This document shows, piece after piece, positions 19,352 through 28,022 of a DNA stretch of 32,000 nt. This DNA is from Candidatus Electrothrix yaqonensis (GTDB taxonomy: Bacteria > Desulfobacterota > Desulfobulbia > Desulfobulbales > Desulfobulbaceae): NCBI GenBank assembly GCA_047651235.1, contig CP178758.1, positions 810,001 through 842,000 of the forward strand, written 5' to 3'. The notes beneath the pieces are model-generated. The model searched no databases. It was not told the DNA's origin and saw only the letters and a list, made by a program, of their open reading frames with translations. Position 1 is the first letter of the stretch. Every line of letters starts with the position of its first letter. The position numbers and the translations under genes are program-made.

Positions 19352-19419
19352 GGTTTATCGTGGGTATCTCTCACTGCATTCCGCAGTGACCGTACCATCG
19401 TGCCATACTCAGTACAGTA

Positions 19420-19452
19420 AGGGAGAGCAGGGGAACTGGCTCTCCCTTTTTT
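19420..19452 (+). terminator. Rho-independent terminator after dnaK
   Basis: 9-bp stem AGGGAGAGC / GCTCTCCCT with a 10-nt loop, followed by a T-run (19447-19452). Confidence 0.8.
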
Positions 19453-19514
19453 GATGGGCCTGGTGGGCGGTTCAGCGGATTCTGCAGAGAGAAAGTAGTT
19501 CCTTTTATTTTGAC

Positions 19515-20579
19515 TTGAGACCGGAAAAACAGCAGAAAAAGGAGGCGGCTCTGAAGAAACAGCAGTTCTCTTCTCCCGGTGCAGGAAAATATCTGCAGCT
19601 TTTTTCCCTGCTCGTGCTGGCTGCAGCTGTCGGATACATCGTCGGATACTCTATTTTTCATAATGACAGGAAGGCTTCCCGTCAGGGACTGAAGCAGATG
19701 CAGGAGACGGAAAAGCAGGCGGTATCCGCTGCTTCAGCTGCAGAAGCGGGTACTGCGTCCATGTCCGCTTTATCCCCTGTTGAACGGGCAAAGTTGGCAA
19801 CAGTTGCCGTTGCAACGCCGTGGGGCACAGGATCGGGATTTTTTATCAGCGAAAACTATATTGTCACCAACAGGCATCAGGTTGAGTTTGATAGGAAAAA
19901 GTTTGATGAATTTGTGCAGAATGTCGAACGGAACAGAAAACAACTGGACCGTGCGGAAGAAAAATTGACCGAATACCGTGCACGACTGAAAAAAATATCT
20001 AAAACTTCTTCCAGGAATCAGCTGAAGATACTGATCAGTGAACGGGAGGACGCTCTTCAGGAGCTGCGGAATGAGCAGGAAAGGGACGAGCAACGGGTTG
20101 CCGAACAGAAGCAGGCGCTGCAGGAACCGGAAATAAAAATCATTCTGGCTGACGGTTCTGAACATAGTGCAGGGCAGCCCATGATCAGCCAGCGGTATGA
20201 TCTGGCGCTCCTGCCTCTGTTTTCCCATAACGGCGTCTACCTGAACAGGCCCCCGCGCGATCTTCCTCTCAGGCGGGGAGACAAGGTCTATACGGTGGGC
20301 AGTCCGGTCGGACTGCGCCATAACCATGATACAGTGACCTCCGGTATTTTTTCCGGCTATCGGAGGTGGACGGATAATCAGCTACTTCTGCAGACCAATG
20401 CGCCGATCAGTCCCGGCAACAGCGGTGGCCCCCTTGTAGATGAGCACGGCTATGTCCTCGGGGTAAACACCACGATTCTGCGTGATACCGAAGGGATCGG
20501 CTTTGCAGTGCCCATTGACAAAGTATTTGATGAATTCGCATCGACCATCCAGCAACCATCCTCTGATTCAGCAGACTGA
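19515..20579 (+). CDS. Membrane-anchored HtrA/S1C-like serine protease without PDZ, carrying a coiled-coil insertion
   Basis: 'GSGFFISENYIVTNRH' (His), 'YDLALLPL' (Asp) and 'GNSGGPLV' (Ser), with an N-terminal TM helix. The start is uncertain: TTG at 19515, or an in-frame CTG after AAGGAGG. Confidence 0.8.
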   Translation: MRPEKQQKKEAALKKQQFSSPGAGKYLQLFSLLVLAAAVGYIVGYSIFHNDRKASRQGLKQMQETEKQAVSAASAAEAGTASMSALSPVERAKLATVAVATPWGTGSGFFISENYIVTNRHQVEFDRKKFDEFVQNVERNRKQLDRAEEKLTEYRARLKKISKTSSRNQLKILISEREDALQELRNEQERDEQRVAEQKQALQEPEIKIILADGSEHSAGQPMISQRYDLALLPLFSHNGVYLNRPPRDLPLRRGDKVYTVGSPVGLRHNHDTVTSGIFSGYRRWTDNQLLLQTNAPISPGNSGGPLVDEHGYVLGVNTTILRDTEGIGFAVPIDKVFDEFASTIQQPSSDSAD

Positions 20580-20581
20580 TT

Positions 20582-20890
20582 GTGACAACCGAGCAGAACA
20601 CTGCAGAAAAGCCGTCCCAAAAACGCAGTCCCCGCAAAAAACGGCGACCTGCCGGAAAAAAACAGCCGCAGTATGATCATGTGCCGATCATTATTTTTCT
20701 GCTGATTATCTTCAGCTTTGCCTTGCTGTGTATCGGCCTCGCCCTGACGCCGTTTCTTGCTCCGGATGCACCCAAGGTTCCGGCAGCGGGCAGCCTAAAA
20801 CGGAACAGGGCTGCGGAACTCCAGCCGTTTGCCGGTTGCAGAAAGGAGAGCTTGGCCGCATGGAGGAACATGGGGGCAAACAGCTTCTAA
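20582..20890 (+). CDS. Hypothetical small membrane protein
   Basis: GTG start 2 nt after the protease stop. Basic N-terminus plus one TM helix ('VPIIIFLLIIFSFALLCIGLAL'). No family recognised. Confidence 0.35.
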   Translation: MTTEQNTAEKPSQKRSPRKKRRPAGKKQPQYDHVPIIIFLLIIFSFALLCIGLALTPFLAPDAPKVPAAGSLKRNRAAELQPFAGCRKESLAAWRNMGANSF

Positions 20891-20900
20891 ATTCTGATTT

Positions 20901-22640
20901 TTACAGCCTGCCGTGCCGGAGAATGGAAATCAGCAGCCAGAAACCCATTACCCCGGCGAACAGAAAGCCGATCAGGCCGATAACAGGGATGCCGTGCCAG
21001 TGGGGTTTGATGCCGGAAAGAACAATCAGGGAGGAGCCGATAATCAGGGCGGCCAAGACAATAGCAAAGGCAATCCGGTTTGAGACCTGGTACAGGGCCC
21101 TTTCCAGGGGACGCAGGCCGCGGTGCTTGAATTCCAGCTTCATCCTGCCCTGACGGAGCAGCGAAAGAATGGCACGGGTTTCTCCGGGCAGATCATGAAA
21201 CAGGCTTAGGTACTGATAGGCGGTCTCGGAAAACTCATCAGCCAGACGACGCGGATGAATCCTGCCGAGTCTGATCTTTTTCATAAACGGCTTGGCCAGA
21301 GAGAGAAGCTCAAGATCCGGGGAAAGCATCAGGCCGACCCCCTCCACCGTGCCCATAGCCTTGAACATCAGATACAGATTCGGTTTGAAAAAAAGCTGAT
21401 GGGAGCTTAGTAGTTTCAGCATTTCACGATGTATTTTACCCACTTCCAGCTCGCCGATAGATAAATGCATATAGCGGCTCATCAGGTCGCTGATGTCCAG
21501 AGTCAGCCGGTCCCGGTCCGGTTCCCTGCGCTGCACAGTCATCTTCAGAATCCCGTTGACCACCCTGTTTTCATCCCCTGAAGCGATATTGAGAATAAGA
21601 TCGGTGAACTCCTCCCGTTCCTTCAGCAGCAGTCTGCCCATCTGGCCGAAATCTATAAAACAGATCATATTGCCGGGCAGAACAAACAGATTACCGGGAT
21701 GAGGATCCGCATGAAAAAAACCGTGCGCAAAGATCTGTTCCATCATCACCCGGGCACCGCGTTCAGCAAGCAGGGACAGATCATACCCCTGTTCTCTGAG
21801 TTCGTGCACATGAGATGCCTTGATGCCGTCAACCTCCTCCATGACCAGAATCCGTTCCGTACACAGAGCAGGAAATACTTCCGGCACATAAACATGGGGA
21901 TGGCTGTCAAACAGACGGGCAAAATGCTGGATATTGGCCAGCTCGATATGAAAATTAATCTCTCTGGACAGACTGAGGGCAAATTCGTGCACAATGGCCA
22001 TGGGCTGATGGCCCTGCACCTCCTCAAAATGCTCTTCCATCAGCCGGGCGATCTGGGAAAGAATTTCCAGATCCACTGCAATGATGCGTTCAAGTCCGGG
22101 GCGCTGCACTTTGACCACTACATTGCGTTCCGGTACCTGTATGCTTTTTCCTGAACCGGCATGCTTGGGGGACAGGGCGACTCTGGCCCGGTGAACTTGA
22201 CTGATGGAGGCGGCCGCCAGAGGTTCCTGTGAAAAATCAAGAAAAATATCCAATGGATGTTTTTTCCAGTCCTCCTGAAAAATCTGCTGTACCTCCTGAT
22301 AGGAAAACGGTGGCACTTTATCCTGGAGTTTCTCCAGTTCTTCAATATAATCAGGCGGGATAAAATCAGGGCGGGTGGACAGCAGCTGTCCGAGTTTGAT
22401 AAAGGTGGGGCCCAGCTCTTCCAAGGCCATACGCAGGCGTTCCGCTCTGGAATGACGGAATATCTGCTCACGGGGACTGCGGTTGATCATCTGCAGGCCG
22501 GTTTCCAGATACTGGTCAATATGCAGATAATCAACCAGATCATGAAAACCGTATTTAAACAGAACCCGCAGAATCTGGCGGTACCGGTTCAGATGCCGGT
22601 AGGTGCGGTTGATGACCCCGAACGGCCAGATACCGGCCAT
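20901..22640 (-). CDS. ubiB: UbiB/ABC1-family atypical kinase-like protein
   Basis: 579 aa. N-terminus 'RYRQILRVLFKYGF', ABC1 kinase-like core and two C-terminal TM helices. Confidence 0.9.
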   Translation of the reverse strand: MAGIWPFGVINRTYRHLNRYRQILRVLFKYGFHDLVDYLHIDQYLETGLQMINRSPREQIFRHSRAERLRMALEELGPTFIKLGQLLSTRPDFIPPDYIEELEKLQDKVPPFSYQEVQQIFQEDWKKHPLDIFLDFSQEPLAAASISQVHRARVALSPKHAGSGKSIQVPERNVVVKVQRPGLERIIAVDLEILSQIARLMEEHFEEVQGHQPMAIVHEFALSLSREINFHIELANIQHFARLFDSHPHVYVPEVFPALCTERILVMEEVDGIKASHVHELREQGYDLSLLAERGARVMMEQIFAHGFFHADPHPGNLFVLPGNMICFIDFGQMGRLLLKEREEFTDLILNIASGDENRVVNGILKMTVQRREPDRDRLTLDISDLMSRYMHLSIGELEVGKIHREMLKLLSSHQLFFKPNLYLMFKAMGTVEGVGLMLSPDLELLSLAKPFMKKIRLGRIHPRRLADEFSETAYQYLSLFHDLPGETRAILSLLRQGRMKLEFKHRGLRPLERALYQVSNRIAFAIVLAALIIGSSLIVLSGIKPHWHGIPVIGLIGFLFAGVMGFWLLISILRHGRL

Positions 22641-22643
22641 CAG

Positions 22644-23015
22644 TTATTCGCTGTCCTGCGCGGAATTTTTCTCTTCGGCCTCGCAGTTTTCCTCTGTTTT
22701 CTTTGTTCTCTCTGTTTCCTCTTCCTCCAGAGCACCCTGCAGCTCTTCGACTTTTTGGCGCAGTTCGGCAACCTCATCTGCTGTGGCAAGATTGAGCTGC
22801 CTGACGCGCTCCTCCACCTGACGGTGCAGCCAGATTTCCAGCTGGTCTTTCGCGCCTGTTGATCTTTTCAGCAGCTCATCAACAAATTCTTTACCTTCCT
22901 CTCTGGTCAGGTTGCCCCGTTCCACTAACTCCTGCCGCATTTCTTCCAGTTTTTCACGGGTAAGAAAGGCTGCTCCAACCCCGGTGTACAGTAAATTTTT
23001 CAGTAAATCTTTCAT
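22644..23015 (-). CDS. Phasin-like coiled-coil protein (PHA-granule regulator family-like)
   Basis: ATG at 23015 preceded by GGGAGGA. 123 aa: 'MKDLLKNLLYTGVGAAFLTREKLEEMRQELVERG...' with an acidic tail. I treat the longer 260-aa ORF in the track as a non-coding 5' extension. Confidence 0.6.
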   Translation of the reverse strand: MKDLLKNLLYTGVGAAFLTREKLEEMRQELVERGNLTREEGKEFVDELLKRSTGAKDQLEIWLHRQVEERVRQLNLATADEVAELRQKVEELQGALEEEETERTKKTEENCEAEEKNSAQDSE

Positions 23016-23142
23016 GCCGCATTCCTCCCTGTTCAGACAAAGTACTGTAGAGATGAACCTGGACATCCGTCTGTTCTTTCTTCGCCAAACTGGGCAATGC
23101 AGACATTCAGGTCCGTTCTTTTTCCTTTTTTTTATTAAACTG

Positions 23143-23520
23143 TCAAACCTTATCAATATCCCGATGATACACGGCAGACTCATCGCCGCTGTCCAGATAC
23201 TCCGACAAAAAATGCCGCAGATGCTCGATGACAGCCACAGAACGGTGCCGCCCGCCGGTACAGCCCACAGCAAAACGGAGTTCCTCCCGGCCCGCCTGTT
23301 GATGCCTGTGCACGGTAAACGCGACCAACGGTTCAAAATGCTGAAGAAACTGCCAGCCGATTTCATTGCTGAGCACATAGGCGGCCACTGGTTCTTCAAG
23401 ACCGCTATGCTCCCGTAGCTGCGCATCCCAGTAGGGATTGGGCAGAAAACGGACGTCCCAGATCATATTCGCCTGCGGACAGCCGTGTTTGAATCCGAAG
23501 GAAAAAAGAGTGAGCTTCAT
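23143..23520 (-). CDS. Stand-alone RapZ/YvcJ C-terminal-domain protein
   Basis: 125 aa with 'FGFKHG', 'DVRFLPNPYW' and 'GCTGGRHRSV', matching the C-terminal domain of RapZ. The P-loop N-domain is absent, and the ClC gene ends only 16 nt upstream. Confidence 0.7.
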   Translation of the reverse strand: MKLTLFSFGFKHGCPQANMIWDVRFLPNPYWDAQLREHSGLEEPVAAYVLSNEIGWQFLQHFEPLVAFTVHRHQQAGREELRFAVGCTGGRHRSVAVIEHLRHFLSEYLDSGDESAVYHRDIDKV

Positions 23521-23535
23521 ATAAAGTATCTCCTC

Positions 23536-25317
23536 TTATGATGAGGAACAGAGCAGCCGGATATCTTCGGCTTTCTCACTGATTCCACGTTTCAGAACTT
23601 CGTGATTATAGGCTGAAATAACATCCCTCCGTTTGAGTTTTCCCACGACCCAGCGGTGCTCCATGCTTTCGACCACCGGGATCTCCTCAATCCCCTTGAT
23701 ATCGAAAAGTTTCATGGCATGAAACAGATTATGATCCGGGGTCAGGGTCATTACATCGCGGCTGCAGATCGAACCGACCAGATGGCAGCACCGTTGCTCC
23801 TCATCGTGCAGGATTGTTTTCACATCCTGCATGGACACCACCCCGACCATTTTTCCCTCATGATCAACAACGGGAAAATACAGGGAATCCTGGGCAATGG
23901 CAAACAGTTCCAGCAGGTGGTTGATATTGGCGGTCTCGCTGATAAAATCAACATCTTCGGTAATCGCCTTGCCCACCCGGATGGACCTGAGGATGGCGAC
24001 CTCCCGGCCTTCATGAATATTAATCCCTTCCCTGGTAAAATCCACCGTATCAATGGAATCCCCATAAAATTTATGGGCGGTCATGGTCCCCAGAATGGCC
24101 GTCAGCATAACCGGCACGATGATCATATAGTTTCCGGTCATCTCAAAAAGCAGAAAGATGGCGGTCATGGGCGCATGAGTGGAAGCAGCCAGAAAAGCAC
24201 CGATCCCGATGGTGGCATAGGCACCCGGCGTGGCGGTGAAGTTCGGCAGAAGGTTGTGGACGATCCCGCCGAAAGCCCCTCCGATCACCGCGCCGATAAA
24301 CAGGGCCGGGGCAAATATACCGCCTGCACCGCCGGAACCCAAGGTCACAGCGGTAGCGATGGATTTCAGGGCAATCAGGGCCAGCATGACCCAGACTATC
24401 CCGTCTCCGGCCAGCACCTCTCCAATATACTCGTACCCGTCTCCCATAACATCAGGAAAAAGAATCCCGATGCTGCCCACGATAAAGGCGCCGACAATCG
24501 GTTTGACCTGTGCATGGATGTGCAGTTTGCCGAACCAGTCCCGGACCAGATAAAAAAAACGGATATGAGCCACAGCCAACAGGCCGATGAGCAGGGCCAT
24601 GACGGCATACAGGGGGATCTCCACAAAGGGGTTGACCATGTGATAATCCGGGATGGGAAAAGCAGTCACTTCTCCGTACTTGTGCCGTGAGACCACCGTG
24701 GCCATAGCCGAAGCCACCACCAGTGCGGAAAACGAAGAGATCTTGTAGGTGCCGAGCAGAATAATTTCAGCGGCAAAAAAAACACCGGCAATAGGTGCAT
24801 TAAAGATACCGGCAATGGCCCCGGCACTGCCTGCGGCAATATAGACCTTCAGTCTTGTTCCTGAAACCCGCAGACGCTGGCCGAACTGGGAACCGAGGGC
24901 GCCGCCGATCTGAGCGGTGGGCCCTTCTACTCCGGCGGAGTTCCCTGATCCGATGGTGATGGCGGTCGCCACAATCTTGATAAAAATATTCCTGGCATTC
25001 AGCACCCCGTTCTCCAGGTTGACCCGGCGCAGAAACTTGGTAAAGCCGTATCCATTGACCTCGCCCGGAAAAAGCAGAGAAAGAGGAATGAGCAGCAGCA
25101 TGCCGAACATGGGAATCAGAGGGAGCAGGAGCCTGTGCCATCCGCCCTCATGAATATGGAGCAGTTCAGAGCCGTACTCAAAAATATACTCATGGACAAA
25201 CTCGACAGATTCCCTGAAAACGATAATCACAACACCGGCCAGCAGGCCGATAAGAGCAGCAGTAACAAGAAGCACTGCATTTTCACCCGGCAAAAAAGGT
25301 TTTACTTTATTATACAT
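23536..25317 (-). CDS. ClC-family chloride channel/antiporter with a C-terminal CBS pair
   Basis: 593 aa. Multi-TM body with 'GSGNSAGVEGP' and 'GIFAPALFIG', followed by two CBS-like repeats. Confidence 0.9.
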   Translation of the reverse strand: MYNKVKPFLPGENAVLLVTAALIGLLAGVVIIVFRESVEFVHEYIFEYGSELLHIHEGGWHRLLLPLIPMFGMLLLIPLSLLFPGEVNGYGFTKFLRRVNLENGVLNARNIFIKIVATAITIGSGNSAGVEGPTAQIGGALGSQFGQRLRVSGTRLKVYIAAGSAGAIAGIFNAPIAGVFFAAEIILLGTYKISSFSALVVASAMATVVSRHKYGEVTAFPIPDYHMVNPFVEIPLYAVMALLIGLLAVAHIRFFYLVRDWFGKLHIHAQVKPIVGAFIVGSIGILFPDVMGDGYEYIGEVLAGDGIVWVMLALIALKSIATAVTLGSGGAGGIFAPALFIGAVIGGAFGGIVHNLLPNFTATPGAYATIGIGAFLAASTHAPMTAIFLLFEMTGNYMIIVPVMLTAILGTMTAHKFYGDSIDTVDFTREGINIHEGREVAILRSIRVGKAITEDVDFISETANINHLLELFAIAQDSLYFPVVDHEGKMVGVVSMQDVKTILHDEEQRCCHLVGSICSRDVMTLTPDHNLFHAMKLFDIKGIEEIPVVESMEHRWVVGKLKRRDVISAYNHEVLKRGISEKAEDIRLLCSSS

Positions 25318-25670
25318 TTCTTCTCCGGCATGACATTTCCCCTGTCCGAAAAATTAATCTTTTATCTCACCAAGTTAATCTGAAAAAAGCGTCTGCGATA
25401 ACCTGCCGGCAGTAAAAGAAGTTCCGACAACGCAGTCTACTCTATCAGAAAACCTGTTTCGTGCAAGCCGGTTTTTCGATATCCTCCTCCTGAGCCAGGA
25501 AGAAGTACAGAAGGGTTGCGGTGGCAATAGCATCAGATTCGATTTTATATCTGATTGGGCCGTCTCACTGATAAGTCAACTTCAATCCCGCGCTGATGGG
25601 AAGTCTGAGGCTGCATCAACGGATTTGAGCCACTACCGAAAAATTGGTCTGATGATCTTGAAGATAGGGG

Positions 25671-25692
25671 AAAAGCTCCAGACAGTCTGGAG
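25671..25692 (-). terminator. Terminator closing the minus-strand module array
   Basis: Read on the minus strand: CTCCAGA-CTG-TCTGGAG (7-bp stem), then C and TTTT. Confidence 0.55.
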
Positions 25693-25759
25693 AGAAATGC
25701 CTGTTTTTTTGACGGGTGCAGCTTTTGTAGCTTTTGCCGGAGTATTTTTCTTTGGTGCG

Positions 25760-25877
25760 TCAACGGGCGCGGAGAAATATTCCCGCTGCAAGGGCCGCAT
25801 CAACTATCAGTACTGCAGATTCTTTTTCAGGGTTTCTACAGCCCCGCAACCGCAGAAGAATACGGACGGGGCTTCAT
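25760..25877 (-). pseudogene. Decayed copy of the small TM-protein gene (unit 0)
   Basis: The minus strand reads ATG AAG CCC.. then a stop after 13 codons. The homologous C-terminal part ('VLIVDAALAAGIFLRAR*', compare 'SILAVDAALTAEMFLRDL' in unit B) is in another frame, and this copy is about 23 nt shorter than unit B. Confidence 0.4.
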
Positions 25878-26002
25878 ACCTTTGCGGACAACACACTTCA
25901 ACCTGTGCAGTTGTCCCGGCTGATCCGGTTACCTTTTCAGAGCCGGTTTTATAGGCGGTCAGTTCAACCTGAATATGACTGTCTTTATTTGTTATGATTC
26001 AT

Positions 26003-26026
26003 ACGGAGCGATGTATACCGTTCCGT
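26003..26026 (-). repeat. Module hairpin, copy A (ACGGAGCG-N8-CGTTCCGT) next to ATGAATCATAACAAAT
   Basis: Same position and shape as the hairpins at 28274-28296 and 28780-28801. The stem sequence differs but pairing is kept, including one G-U pair. Confidence 0.6.
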
Positions 26027-26113
26027 TCTGCAGCCTGAGCTGAGAAAAGGAGGAGAAAAACTGAACTGGCCCACTCCCCTCCCCCGAAATATGGCAAGTC
26101 TTGTCAAGTCATG

Positions 26114-26437
26114 TCAGTCTATTACCCTGCGGGCACTTGCCTTTACGCCCAAAAGGGCGCAGAGAAATATTTCCCCTGCCAGCGGCAACATATCTCCGTT
26201 GCCGGAAAGCAAACCAACTGCCAATAACATCAAGTAAAAGAGGGAGAAATCAGTCAACAAACTGAAGAATATCCGGATATTGTCGCGGATTGGCGGAGTG
26301 TTTTTTTCTTTTCCTGCGCCTTTCTCTTTTTGCTTGAAACCAGTACCCGGTACTGCGCGCAAGCCCGAAGGTGACGGCAGTCCGAGCGACCTGTCGAGAC
26401 GACTGGAGAGCAGACTTGAATAGAATAAGGATCTCAT
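26114..26437 (-). CDS. Small membrane protein, family copy A (107 aa)
   Basis: GGGAGG lies 6 nt upstream of the ATG. 'MRSLF...LSSR' and the core 'RDNIRIFFSLLTDFSLFY' are homologous to copy B. Codon differences in the core include several synonymous changes (ttc/ttt, ttg/ctg, ttg/tta, tac/tat). Confidence 0.55.
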   Translation of the reverse strand: MRSLFYSSLLSSRLDRSLGLPSPSGLRAVPGTGFKQKEKGAGKEKNTPPIRDNIRIFFSLLTDFSLFYLMLLAVGLLSGNGDMLPLAGEIFLCALLGVKASARRVID

Positions 26438-26600
26438 AACATACCTCCCGGTATAACGGTAATAGGTAGAAGCAGGGAACCCGGCTGTCTCCTCCCTGGA
26501 GACCCGTGGCTTTCCGACACCGCCTTGCGACGGCTGTGGCTTTATCAGCTTCCGGTTTCCGCCGGAAAGCAGAGCACCCGCTTAGTTTAATTCAACTAAG
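26438..26600 (-). promoter_or_regulatory. Conserved structured 5' leader, copy A (riboswitch-like; GEMM-I-like features)
   Basis: Minus-sense: CUUAGU..ACUAAG hairpin, CUUUCCGG..CCGGAAG hairpin, AUAAAGCCAC, ACAGCCGUC-GCAA-GGCGGUGU hairpin, GGAAAGCCAC, CGG-GUCUCC-AGGGA-GGAGAC-AG-CCG, then the SD and ATG. Confidence 0.6.
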
Positions 26601-26664
26601 GATTGCCGATTGTTATAATGATAGACAGTTGAAGAAATCCCGACCGACATAAGTCACTCTGTCC

Positions 26665-27927
26665 CTATTTTATTCGGCGATTATAATCTATAATTAATTC
26701 ATACGTATCATCTGTCCGTGCCTTATCGCCAAATAACAGGTCTGAGAGATAATCCGTATCAATATCTTCATTATCGCTGACATTATCCAGAATTCTTTTG
26801 ACAAGCATTCTGTAAATTCTTTCTTCAAGATCACTGCAGGTCTTCACATCATCCACTAACGAAACCGATTTGTTCTCAGAATTTACCTTAAAGCAAAATG
26901 CTTTATATATCAGGTCTTTAATCTTCGCAGCATCAGTATCCTGAATATCCGGGATTGTTTTTTTAAGCCGTATCAGGAGGTTATTCCTATAATCTCTATA
27001 CGATGAAAATATTTTTTCTTCATGGAAGATATCAAAAGTATCTTTTATCCCCTGCTTCATAATTTCCGGCCTGACGAGTCGTATTTTCTGCTTCTTAAGA
27101 ATTATTTCATACAGATGCGGAACCTGCACAGAAGGAGTCTCAACATGTTTAGAAGAACTTCTGAGTGATACAGTTACATCTTTGTCAGATTCTTTAATTA
27201 CGATACTCTCCTGACATTGATTTAAAAATTCTGTAAAATTACTACAACCGTAATTATTTTCATCAAATGACGGATCAAGCCGCAGCATAACCGGTTTTAT
27301 GCTGACGCGAGGTGCGCTGCTGCTGCCTGATTCGGAAAAAATTATCTTCAATGCCTTTATAAGCAGATTCTTTGCATCATCAAAATCTTCTTGACTGCCA
27401 TTTTCTGATATATCGTCCTCCTTTATAAGGGCGGAATAAAATTTAAATTTATTACATGCTTTGATCCAGAACTGATTCGTCGTTTCCTGAACTCCAATTC
27501 CAATTATTCTTTTTCCCCTCTGTCGTACTTTTTGAGCAATTGATATATAATCACTATCTCCGCTGATCAACACAATAGTGTCTAAATGCGGTTGCTGAAT
27601 GCAGTCATCTAAAATATCAATGGCTATTCTTATATCAGAACCATTCTTTCCGTATTTCCCGCAATGATACATTTGAATCAGATCAATAGAATAATTCTGC
27701 AATTCAAAACTGTAAGCATGAAAAAAACTCCAGTTTGCATAAGATTTATTAATATTCACTTCTCCAATACTTGATATATAATCCATTATTTTTCTGATAT
27801 CAATAAAAGCAGGTTGCTTTGAATACATGTTGTCCTTATACCAGGACTCTCCCATTTTTAATGAGGAGAGAGATATATGGATATTTTCAAAGTCCCAATA
27901 TACAGCTACATTACACTCTGTGTTCAT
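26665..27927 (-). CDS. NYN-domain (PIN-like) ribonuclease with an OST-HTH/LOTUS domain and an unassigned C-terminal region
   Basis: 420 aa. NYN acidic motifs 'VAVYWDFENI', 'KNGSDIRIAIDILDD' and 'LISGDSDY'. LOTUS-like 'RLDPSFDENNYGCSNFTEFLNQC'. The gene is visibly AT-rich compared with its flanks. Confidence 0.85.
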   Translation of the reverse strand: MNTECNVAVYWDFENIHISLSSLKMGESWYKDNMYSKQPAFIDIRKIMDYISSIGEVNINKSYANWSFFHAYSFELQNYSIDLIQMYHCGKYGKNGSDIRIAIDILDDCIQQPHLDTIVLISGDSDYISIAQKVRQRGKRIIGIGVQETTNQFWIKACNKFKFYSALIKEDDISENGSQEDFDDAKNLLIKALKIIFSESGSSSAPRVSIKPVMLRLDPSFDENNYGCSNFTEFLNQCQESIVIKESDKDVTVSLRSSSKHVETPSVQVPHLYEIILKKQKIRLVRPEIMKQGIKDTFDIFHEEKIFSSYRDYRNNLLIRLKKTIPDIQDTDAAKIKDLIYKAFCFKVNSENKSVSLVDDVKTCSDLEERIYRMLVKRILDNVSDNEDIDTDYLSDLLFGDKARTDDTYELIIDYNRRIK

Positions 27928-28022
27928 TGATTACGCTCCGTTTCCTTTAGCTAACGACCCAACATGCAACGTTTTAGTGCACCTTGATCAATCTATAGGA
28001 AATCCATAGGAAATGCTACCCG

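Noticed and set aside
22644-23426. 260-aa ORF overlapping the RapZ-C gene
   Set aside because: The N-terminal 137 codons have no protein-like features and overlap 23143..23520 on the same strand in another frame. A strong RBS precedes the internal ATG at 23015, which starts the recognisable phasin-like sequence.
25318-25560. Fluoride or other riboswitch directly upstream of the ClC gene
   Set aside because: I read the minus-sense leader and found none of the fluoride-riboswitch pseudoknot motifs I remember. The ClC has CBS domains, so it is not the ClC-F type. The conserved array leaders are separated from the ClC gene by a terminator.
26106-26225. Conserved plus-strand mini-ORFs antisense to the small TM genes (MSVYYPAG.. 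in unit A; MSKDYPAAG.. at 28378-28482 in unit B; related RRNI(S/P)A.RAAST in unit 0)
   Set aside because: The first ~8 codons are similar, and some B-versus-unit-0 differences look synonymous in this frame. However there is no RBS, a 1-nt indel breaks the frame in unit A, and the minus-strand frame has the strong SD and the better synonymous/conservative pattern. There are too few sites to call dual coding.
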